A DNA stretch of 64,000 nt from Utricularia gibba. Lineage: Eukaryota; Plantae; Magnoliophyta. A program made the translations under genes and the position numbers. How positions within the stretch are numbered: the first letter of the stretch is position 1; each line of letters begins with the position of its first letter. The notes under the pieces are model-generated. The model was not told the origin of the DNA. It ran no database searches and was given only the letters and a program-made list of their open reading frames with translations. Of the stretch, positions 37,876 through 48,549 are shown piece by piece. Location: the NCBI GenBank assembly GCA_002189035.1, contig NEEC01000027.1, forward strand, positions 372,001 through 436,000, given 5' to 3'.

Positions 37876-38152
37876 ACATTGTCCTCTTTAGCTTTTGAGC
37901 CAAACCATGAGAGGGAAGTCTAGTTTTCATACCTGCAATTAAAACATTGGTTCATGTGTTTGTTAGTTTACATTCTTTTACCATGCTTGTGATTTTTAAT
38001 TCGAAAATACTATGGAAGACATAGGCTCAAGTACAATAACCATAGCCAACAAGCCCAGAGTTTACAGAAACAGAGTTTCTTTGCCTCTCCATCACCGTAC
38101 AGCAAAAGCTTCAAGGAAACAATCTGAGAACCATGTCTGAAATTGGAAGCAT

Positions 38153-39867
38153 TTAGTAACTGTAGCCCTTGACGAACAATTCCTTCTTGGCTTCCTCAGA
38201 CTCACCCTCGGCTGTGTACTTGCCAAGCTGAGCCTGAGAGTTGGCCTTGGCTCTAACGAGGAGAACCTCTTGAGCTGCCTTCACATTCTCTGGCCTTCCT
38301 CCCCATGTCTTCAGGCAAGTGTTCTGGAGGGCTCGTGCATAAGAGAAAGAGACGTGCCACGGGTTCGGTGTTTTGTTCATTGCATTCAAGTTCAGAGTGG
38401 CCTCTACTTCAGACTGTCCTCCAGACAAGAACTGTGATCATGAGAAATTAAGTTAGAAGTTTCCTGCAAGTTCATATGCTAACACCATGGAGATATCAAA
38501 TATGATGCCACTGCAATCAAATGATTTGGTAAATAACTGAGCTTGATTCCATCTTTTACTCACCATGATTCCAGGGACAGCAGGGGGGATTCGCCTTTTC
38601 AGAAGCTTGAGAGTGTACTCAGCAACTTGTTCTGGAGTGGCCTTATCCTTGGACTCAGCTCCCGGAGTAACCATGCTAGGCTTCAAAAGAATGCCTTCAA
38701 ACAGGACGTTGTTCTGAGCCAGGTAGAAGAAAACCTCAGCCCACACATTCTGTGCCACCTCGAATGTTCTGTCGATTCCATGCTCACCATCCAGAAGGAT
38801 CTCAGGCTCAACAATAGGAACCAGACCGTTGTCCTGATAAAAAAAAAAATATATGACCTTGCTCATCATGGCAGGATGTTTCGTAGCCATTAAAGAGACA
38901 TCAAGCTCAACATACCTGGGAGATGGCTGCATATCTTGCCAGTCCCCATGCTGCTTCCTTGACAGCAAGTGCAGATGGACCATTTGGAATGCTTACCACG
39001 GTACGCCTTCATTTTCATAGTAACAAAAGGATGTTTATTCTAATCTCAGGGTACATTCAAAGATTCAAACACAAGGTTTGTTGAATGTACACTTATCTAA
39101 CAGAAATCCATACCATTTGGCAAAGCGGGCACCTTGTTGATAGTAAGCAGCAGACCGGGAAGCCAATCCATCAAGACCTTGGCACCAAGACTCTGAGTTG
39201 GAGCCAGCCAGAGGAACAAGACCCTATATGGATACATGTCACAGCTTCACTGTCATCCTCATGGTATCGATTTTAACTCTACTTTTCAAAAGCAATCAAT
39301 ACATCCAGAATATCCGTGGTTTAAAAAAACAAAGCTAACCAGAACATGAACTCACCTTGTCAACTTTGATACCAGGAACAATACCCTGCTCAACCAGCAC
39401 ATCAACAATCTTCTTTCCCTCAGTAGTTGATTGGTAGAGCGTTTCTTCGAAGAGAATTGCTCCAGAAATGTACTGTCCGAGTCCTGGAGCTGAAACCAGG
39501 AGAGTCCTGTAAGCTTGGCGGTTAGCTTCCGTGTTCTCCAGCCCAATGGAAGCTAAACGCTTCCCGCAGGTGGCATTTGATTCATCCATCGCCAGAATTC
39601 CACGACCAGGAGATGCAACAGTTTTCTACAACCACCAACCGCACCAGAGTTTCAGAGGAGATATGCAAATGAAAGCAGTAGCAGTTGTACCATACATACC
39701 GCAGTTTTAACAAGTTCATCGGCGTAGCTGGCACGAATGGTGACAGCTGAGGGGAGGACGTTGCAGCGGACGGCGGCCATTGGTGACTGCCGGAGAAGGG
39801 GCTGGCCCTTGAAGTACTCGGATTTGTCAAGGACTGGAGATGACTTGAGGAAAGAAGCTGAAGCCAT
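38153..39867 (-). CDS. FBA: Fructose-bisphosphate aldolase, chloroplastic (class I), 6 exons
   Basis: Transit peptide [69 protein letters not shown] and LFVKGYSY*. Confidence 0.97.
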
Positions 39868-40497
39868 TTTTCCTTATCCCCGACGATAACAAGATGGCTC
39901 CCAGTCCTAAACTTTTCTTTTAAAAATGTGTATAAAACTAGGGGCGTTCGAGGGAAAGATAACCCTTTTGCGGCTACAATGTGTCAGCCTATCATCTAGT
40001 GCTAGTGGCGTGAAACTCCTTAGCCTGTTATCTCCACAATGATAACAGGAACACACAAATATAACTGGTTCGCCTATTTTTGTGTTTTTTTGATCGCTTC
40101 AAAACCACAAAACCAGTCTGATCAGTGATCTCCATTCAATCTCAACCCTTTACAAAGAAGTGCATGAAAAACTGTTTGTGGTTCGCGGGAAATCAGCATC
40201 TTTCTGCCAAAAAGCTACGGCTCACAATCATGTAAAACATCGTGAAAATGGCCCATAAGCAAATGCTAAACTACCCCTCTCCTTGTTTTTTGTTCTGGAG
40301 TCTAAAGTAGAGAAGAGGGACCAGCTGAAAACCCCCAAAACTAAATAAGGTACAAAAAGCAGCAAAACTTTTGGTGGGATTGTGTTTTTTGAAGCCAGTA
40401 TCCTGCATTCGAGACAGCAACTGGAGGAGGAGATCACAGCACTTGAGAACTTCTCGGTTAGTACCATTACAAAAATGAGACGTGAAGGAAGTATTTA

Positions 40498-41683
40498 TCA
40501 TCGCAGGTACGTAGAAGAAACCCAGAGAAGGATGTAGCTGATCAACGAAGTGGTGACTTCCAAACTTCTTGGTCCTTTCAGTAATGGTGGCACCACAGAG
40601 ACCATCAGAAACGTTCCCAAAAGCCATGCGAAAATAAAACTCCCAGCCCTGAACAAGCGGTAAGAAAACAAAATTGAGTCATAGAATACTAGCAAGTTCA
40701 AGGATCAGAACTGAGAGCTTGATTAGGAAGCAAAATGGCATACCCATAGAGAAAAGATCGTAATTTGGTCTTTAGCCTGTCGTGGATGAAATATATTGTG
40801 AGAAACAATGATGCAGCGACTTGTAATGTTGGCCCTTCTTCAGTCGGAAAAAGCAGCGTAAGGACACCAAGAATTGCGAACGCAACTGAAGTTTTTATGA
40901 TGAAGTTTGTGTCTGGCACTCTGAATCTGCTTATCACAGCCTGCACATAACGATGTTGGCTAATGTCTCTGACCTTCTTCTTGATGTTAATCTTAGGACG
41001 CCTTCTCTCATGGAACTTCTGCATTATGATTTTATCATGCGCAGATTCAATTGAATCAACACTGGGCTTGTGATGCCCATATGTTTGGATCAGGTAGTTC
41101 CTGGCAGATTGGATTTCATCTTCAGAAGCTTCCCGGCTGATCCCCAGTCGTTTGTAGGGATCCCTCACATCGATCCGGGGAAAAACATCTGCATGACAAG
41201 GGAAAAAAGAATGAAGTTCATCAACTTAACCAAGCTGAAAAACTAGAACAGCTCTGCCAACCAGAAACATAATCATGACGAAGCATTTTATAGATTAGAC
41301 CAACTCTAAAAATGACAGATGGTATCTGTCGACAAGAAAAAGAACTAAAACCAGCAAACAAATCAAAGAACTACCAGTGGAGCCGTTACTGAAGTCTCCA
41401 TAAGTAGCCCCAGTAGCGTAAACAAGGGAAGGAACTCTTTGTTTCCGCAGCCAAGTTACCGATTTCAAACCATTCCTGCAGCATCACCGGTATGAGAATA
41501 TGCATCATTAAAAAAGAAGCACGGATGTGAGCAATGAATTGTTTACCGTTTCAATGATAACAAATCGTTGAAGGAAGTAAATTGAGAAAAATAAGCGCCT
41601 TGTTTCTTCTTGGCTTCTGGACCTCTGGCAGGTAAACTGACGGTACATCTCAAAGGGTTGCAGGCAAACCCATATGGTGCCAT
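40498..41683 (-). CDS. CPP1-like DUF3353 (DnaJ-like) chloroplast membrane protein; 4 coding exons plus a probable untranslated first exon near 41941-42040
   Basis: FPRIDVRDPYKRLGISREASEDEIQSARNYL...HKPSVDSIESAHDKIIM, FPTEEGPTLQ, and WLLGTFLMVSV...LWVSSTYLR*. Confidence 0.88.
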
Positions 41684-42088
41684 TCTTGAGCAAATTCTGC
41701 TTCCTCTAATGCTGGTTTCAAAAAAAAGGAAAAACGAAAACCTGCAGTCAATCAACCATCAAATCGCTGAAATGAAGACCTAGCATTCACAACCCCGGGG
41801 AACCCAATATGAAAATGAAGTACCAGCACATTGTAAAATCTTTCAACTCAGGTCAAAATCGCATAAAACAATTCCAACAGAGGCTGCAATGCGGGGGCTC
41901 ATATATAAAATCACCTAAACATTTCAAATTTCAAAACTCACCCGTGGAAACGAGATGATGAACCAGATGCAGAAGAATTTCGACACCCACCGCCGCCAGT
42001 TTCTGTTCGATACGTAGCGCTTATCGGTTGGAGGTTGCTAGTGATGGTATTGTATATTAGTATAACCGGTGAAGGATATCAAACAGCT

Positions 42089-42161
42089 GCCCGTCTAGCT
42101 CAGTCGGTAGAGCGCAAGGCTCTTAACCTTGTGGTCGTGGGTTCGAGCCCCACGGTGGGCG
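42089..42161 (+). tRNA. tRNA-Lys (anticodon CTT)
   Basis: Full 73-nt cloverleaf GCCCGTC...GGTGGGCG. Anticodon loop CTCTTAA (CTT at 42122-42124), T-loop GTTCGAGC, A and B boxes present. Confidence 0.98.
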
Positions 42162-42174
42162 TTGCTTGCTGACG

Positions 42175-42179
42175 TTTTT
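42175..42179 (+). terminator. Pol III oligo-T terminator of tRNA-Lys
   Basis: TTTTT 14 nt downstream of the tRNA 3' end. Confidence 0.7.
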
Positions 42180-42371
42180 AACCTTTTACCTACTTAAAAT
42201 ACATATTATTTTTACTATATATATATATTTTTTTTAAATTAAAACAACATGTATATATATTTGCATTAAAAATCAAATAATTTATTTTTTAGATTACACC
42301 ATTTTGAGTTGAACAAATCAAATAATACAACAGAGAAAACACGTCAATCCAGTATCGTCCTTCTTCCTTCT

Positions 42372-43950
42372 TCAGTAGAGCGGGCACAGCAGCCGCGGAT
42401 GTGGAATCGCGATCAGCCTCTGCGCTTTCGGCGCGGTTAACCCGAACATGTCCTTCATGTCCAGCTCGCTCGCCTTCATCCCGTCGGGAAGTTCCCACGT
42501 GAAGCAGTGAACCAGATGCGCCACCGTTATCTCCAGCGCATACAGCCCCAGCTGCATCCCGGGGCACGATCTACGACCCGACCCGAACGGAATGAACTCG
42601 AAGCTACTCCCTTTGAAATCCGGCGCCCCTTCGTTCAAGAACCGAGACGGCCTGAATTCCTCGGGATCTTCCCACAAGCTTGGGTCCCTTGCGATAGCCC
42701 ATGCGTTGATCATCACCCTCGCTCCCTTCGGCACGTGGTACCCGGACACGGTGGTGGCCTCCGCGGTCTCGTGGAGGAGAACCGGGATCGGCGGGTGGAG
42801 GCGGAGGACCTCCTTCAGAACCGCTTTCAGGTACGGCAGCTTCTCCATATCGGACTCCTCTACCTTCCGGCCCAGGCCCACTACTTGGCTCAGTTCTTGT
42901 TGGACTCTCTTCATTTCTTCTGGGCTTTTCATCAGCTCCGCCATGGCCCACTCTATTGCTGACGCCACCGTCTCCGTCCCGCCGAACATCACGTCCTGCC
43001 ACGTACCGTACACTTGACTTCAATTTTGACCTTTTTTTTAAATTAAATAAAAAAATTTACCATGATAATGGCTTTGATGTTATCCCGAGTGAGTTTGATG
43101 GAGTTCTGGGCGTCTTCCCCATCAGAACCTTTGGCTCCTTCAGTGTAAAAGGCGAGTAACTCATCCACCATGTCCGTGTCGCCGGAGAAGTTTTCCGGCT
43201 TCCTTGCCTGTAAATGGTCATCGATAACTTTATCAATGAAGCCGTCGAGGGAATTTCTAGCCTTGATGAGTCTGTTGTTGAGGCCCTGAGGATCAATCCA
43301 CCCCAGCCATGGGAAGAAATCTGCGAGATTGAAGGCGCCAAAGAGCTTGGAAAACTCCTGAAGAATCTTGATGAAGTCTTCCTGGCCTTCCTCGGAGATG
43401 GATCCGAATGCGGCGCGATAAATGATGTTCCGGGTCAACCCGAAAACAAGCTCGCCGATGTTGATGGGCGTGCCGGAGCTACGTGTGACGTTGCTGATGA
43501 CGGAATCCACCTCGTCCCTGACGGAGTCCCACGACTCCGCCCTTCTCCTACTGAAGAGTTTCATGACGCAGAGCTTTCGCATCTGGCGCCAGAAAGGGCC
43601 GTAGTGAGCGAACGCCATATCAGCTCTGTCGTAGGTTAAGTAGCGGATGGCGATGTTCGCCGGTCTGTTGGAGAATATGTTGTCTTGTTGCTGAAGAACC
43701 TGACGTGCGGCGTCGGAGCTGGAGATGGAGACCATGTGGAGGAATCCGATGCGGAGGTATGCCACCCCCCGTATTTAGCTGCCAGTTTCGCGAGCCCTCT
43801 GTGTGTCAGCTCATTCATCATGTTCATGTTTCCGATCACCGGATACCCCACCGGCCCCGGAGGATACCGCCGGAATCTGGGGAGCAGAAGCAATATCACC
43901 AGAGGGAACACCAAGAGCAACCCTAGAGAAAAAAACACCTGCATCTCCAT
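42372..43950 (-). CDS. F5H: Cytochrome P450 CYP84A (ferulate/coniferaldehyde 5-hydroxylase), 2 exons (intron 42996-43060), with an apparent 1-nt frameshift at 43765-43770
   Basis: PPGP hinge, FSNRPANIAIRYLTYDRADMAFAHYGPFWRQMRKLCVMKLFSR, DVMFGGTETVASAIEW, EVLRLHPP, and heme motif PFGSGRRSCPG. Confidence 0.92.
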
Positions 43951-46819
43951 CGCTGAACGAGTGCAAGTGCTGTATGATGTCTGTTTTGTTGGCTGGATAT
44001 CGGGAACTTGTAACTTTATATAGAACGTTGAGTAGGGCCCACCTCTGCTGATTTTTCCATACACTCTATTTTTTTAAAAAAAAATAATAAACATACTATT
44101 ATTAATGGATTGCAAATAAAAATATAGTCGAGTTTTTACAGATTTAAAACTCGATTATTTAAAATAAAAAAATATTAGTATACAACTTCAATGCACTCCT
44201 TTTTTATATAAAATTAATAAAAATTAGCACCGCCTTACTACCATCACGGTATTATCATGATGATGATTAGCATTAGCCTGGTCTACCATGACTACGAAGC
44301 TGACGCGTGGCAAGTTTGACACGAGCCTTGTAGCCCTAGTTCACACCAGGGAGACTCGGTTGAATTGATTCCAGTGTTTTCGAAACCCTGACTGACGAAT
44401 AGTCGTGAGGAAAGGGTCGTGGTGTGTTTGTCCATGGTAAAGATTAGCGGCATCAGGAGGAATGAAGGGGATTGTGTTATGATTGGGGATAATGAGGAGG
44501 AGGAGTCAGATTCCCCAACCACCGCCGATAGCTTCTTCTCACCTGAAGGATGATCATGACGCAGACGTGATGGGATCATGGCTGCGTCACTCACCAACCC
44601 CCCTGGCTCTCACCCAGTGGGGATGGGAACCAGATATTTTTGAAACCCAGTTAGTCTACAGTCACGATACACGGAGGGCTTGGGCTTTGCTTGAGTTCAA
44701 GGACTGGTATGCGGCGCAGATCATGTCATCATCCTGTCTGGTTTTCACTGTTTTGCGGCGTCGTGGACGAGGGTACGGTTCGCCTTTTGAAGTTTCAAAC
44801 AACGTGCGCTGGTTATCTATGGACGAGCGTTCTCGGTAGGCATCATCAACTGATGGATGTAAAAGTCTCCCATTTGTACGGGCAAACAGATTTTAATACG
44901 AGATGAAGGACATGGGAGTCGGGATTCAACGTTATCCGTGTGGAATGCTGGAAAAACCAGACAAGAATTACATTGTAAGCCATCTTTGACCCCCTGTTTT
45001 ATCAGATGGTGGAGACTGGGGTTTGGGTTTCCTCTTGGCCCTTGCTTTGAATGGTCTCTGGTGGTTCGCATGATCAAACCAAAAGCGTGTGTGTTTTTTT
45101 CTTTTTTCTCACATGTACGGCTGGTTCACACCTGGGCACACTTTCAGACTGTTTCTAAGTGGGAACTTGGACCAAGACTGGAAGGGTATTCCATTTTTGA
45201 TGGGAGAGATGATCACACAAGCGGGCAATAACAACAAATACCAGCTTTTCTCACACAGAATTTTGATCTGTTCGGCAGTTATGGAGTAGTGGATTGGCGT
45301 GGTGGGGGTTTGCGGGAGACACGCCAGCTCTCCACTTCTGCTAATGCGCCTCCCGATGGACATCCCCATCGGACCGGGGGTGGGTAATTCGATGCCACCG
45401 AGGCCCAACCGGAGCCTCTCCGGCAGGCCGGTCCAATAACCGAAGAGCACCGGTGGGTGCGCCGTGGTTTTCCTTTAAAGAAAAGGGAGAACTGATAACT
45501 TGTGCGGGAGTGGGAAAATGGCATTTTTTGTGAGCATGCGTTTATGGGAGTGGGACGAGGCTGTCATCATAACCCTTTCTTTTCCGCAGGCTTTTGGCTT
45601 CAGCTTTCCCTCGGAAGAGTCAGTGGGGATACGATGCAGGCACCGGAGTGAAAGAATCGGAACTGTTCTGTTTGCTTGGGTATGAAAGAATTTTCTCGAT
45701 CCTCCACAGAGACGCACAGGTATAGAGTTCCCGAGAACGCATTCTTATGGTCCCCCGAAAGAAAGGTGAGGGCGGCGGTCGCCGGAGATGAGGATGAAGC
45801 AACTGCGCAGCGATACTGAATCAGTAAATCCTCTAAAACTATATTTAGCTGCTGTTCTTTCTTAAAAAAAGACAGCGATTCCAGCATCCATGGGATCAAC
45901 GTCGCTGGGTGGCATTCGCTTTTGTACCCATTGGACAGCAGCAGCAGCAGCGCATGTGAGCTTGCCGCCGGTCGCTGAGCAGAAGGCGTCGCTATCCGAG
46001 ATGCATCTTGGGACGCCAAGATTCTCACATCCATCAAACCCTTTGGATTAACCCCTATCTCATCCGCACTGGACCATCCTATCCCATGTTTTTTCTTGCT
46101 TTTTCCCGGATCTGAGACTCAACCTAGTTGACCTTCAATATGCTGCCACCGGAAAAAGGGAGAAGTCCAGTGCGCGGGCGATGGTGGAGAGACCCGACCC
46201 GACCCGAACCTCCCATGAAAAGTGAAAACTGCACCATCTTTACAAGAAGACTCGTTAAAAAGGCTGCACTTTCACTCCTTTGCATAAAGGGTTTTTTTTT
46301 GTCTGAAAAATTATGAAAATTATTCTATCATATGAATTTTATTTAATTTTTTCATGTAATATAAATTTATTTATCATATATAATAATACTTTACACATAT
46401 TTATATAAAATATCATTAAATATGCTTTTAATGATGATTACATAACACATAATTATAACATAAATAATTCATTAATTAAAGTATCCCATTAATAAGTAAT
46501 TAATGGGGAAAAAAGCAAATATGCTTTGGGACGAATTCATGAATTAATTAGAGTAAATACACTTTACGCAAAAAATAAATAAATTAAAATAATAATGAAA
46601 ACCACAGTAAAAAAAAAAAGAAGCTCAGAAATGATAGGGAAAAAAAGGCATAATCGAAACGTGATTATTGTCATCGTCAGATACTAGTTACGTTACACCA
46701 CGACAAGGATTTTACACCGGAGATAAACCGGCGCGTGCACAATACGCTCTTGCCGCTCCGGTTTGCATTCCGACAATTTCTGTTTTTTTTTTTCCGGTTC
46801 GGTTCCCACCTGCAGAATT

Positions 46820-47756
46820 TCAAAAACTTGGAACCGCCCCGCCGGCTTCCATTTCCATCTCTTTTCTCCGCCGCATTTCCATAACTTTCCGGTGGTTATT
46901 CGAGTGCAGCTCACTGGAGAACGTCGGGCTACAGGCCGGGCGGTACTCCGGCAGGAGTCGCCCGGATTTATACCTCACTCCGCAAGCGTTACAGAGAGTC
47001 TTTGAACCCAGAGGGCCAGCTCTCCACTGCGGTGTCTTGGTGACGCCACAATGGCTGCATCGTCTTGTTTGCCCGGCAGCCGCGGCAGAAACGCTGGAAT
47101 CCTCCGGGGGTCCCTTTTTCTTCTTCTTGGTAAGGAGTTTTTCAGAGGTGATGCTCTGAGATACGTAGGATGTTGGGGAAGAAGATGAAGATGAAGAAGA
47201 GGTGGTCGTTGAGTCTGCGAGCGAAGGAGATAAAATTGGGCAGACACGGTTTCCGGCACGCGCTCTTTTAGTCCGGGCTTTCGTTTGAACTACCGAAACA
47301 AAGCTCTGCTTTTCCTGCTGCGGAGGCGGTGGAAGAGCCGCCGCCTTCTCTGGCAATTTTCCGGTTAGGGAAAAGTCGGAAAATGTATCCTCCACGAAAT
47401 GGGAAAGCCATTCCAAACTTTCCAACCCCTCGTCCTAAACAAAGAAAGAAAAAAAAAATAAGGAATCACAGTTTCAATATCCTCAACAACGACTAAATTT
47501 CAATAGCCCCACTCACCGGCGGCATTAGAGAATCCAAATCAGTCTCCGAGGAAAGAACAATGTCCAGTGGCGCAGGCAGTTTCTCAGAAACAGAAAAGGC
47601 TTCATCTTTCTTCCCCTCAAACTCCTCCATCTTCTCCGGCGGCTCCTCCGCGTCGCAGCACCCATGAGAGAAATCCAACAACTGGTCGACAAACAAGTCA
47701 TCGCTGGAGACATCTCCGGCGTCCATCTCCTGCACAAACTGGTGCAAACCCCCCAT
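46820..47756 (-). CDS. GATA transcription factor, subfamily A (GATA5/6/7-like); exons 47756-47517, 47435-46820
   Basis: [31 protein letters not shown], and [47 protein letters not shown]. The start is taken as the first in-frame ATG. Confidence 0.93.
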
Positions 47757-48549
47757 TTCCCCCTGCAAAACAATTCCAAATCACACTCTACCCATCCCGA
47801 AAAGAAAGCCCATTTAATTCCAGAAACATTTGAGCAGGAAGAAGAGAGGAAACCGAGGACCACCTGCGTAGATGGATGGAACAGAGCGCCCAAAAGCAGA
47901 CCAAGAGGTAAATGACTTGGGAGAAAAAGGAGAGGTTGAGTGGTGAAGAGAAAGCGGAGTGGTGTGGTGAGGTCGGTAAAGCATTCAATGGGAGAGAGGA
48001 GGGAAACTCCTTCTTCAACTCCCAGGAATAAATAAATAATAATAATTTGATTTATTAAAAGAAAATAAAATTTGACTAATTTCCACATTATTCCTCTCAG
48101 ATTATTGATGCCTAACGCCGGCGAGGCTACGGTGCATGTTAGCGGCCATAATTTCGGTATTATAATAATCCTAATTATGATGCTAATAATGTGATTAATT
48201 ATTATTACTTCTATCCGTCGGCATTCAGGCCACCGGCCACCGCCCTTGACGCCTACAAGTACAAGCCCAATAATGGAGAGAGTTCCGCAGGCCGTCGTCA
48301 AGTGTGAACTCTGGAGTTTGAGGGAGGGGACTGAAAGATTCTCCGAGGGGAAGGGGAGGGAAGGAGGAGCAGCAAGTCGCATCTCGTCTTTAAATGAAAG
48401 GGCTCGGGATTCTCGCCCGGAATGATAAATAGCGTGGTGCCATGAAAGAAACTCGACCTTCAGTCCTTTCTACGAGAACTTGCTTTCACCACTGGGATTA
48501 ATCTAATCAAAAAGATGACAACTTGGGTTCAGTGGCCGTTTTCCTCTCT

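Noticed and set aside
44383-44420. Hammerhead-ribozyme-like CTGACGA...GAAA
   Set aside because: Stem II cannot close (no G10.1-C11.1 pair before GAAA), and the stem I/III and cleavage-triplet geometry do not fit.
44483-44839. 118-aa plus-strand ORF and other 70-145 aa ORFs in 44.3-46.0 kb
   Set aside because: No recognisable domain, they overlap in conflicting frames, and I could not build a consistent exon chain.
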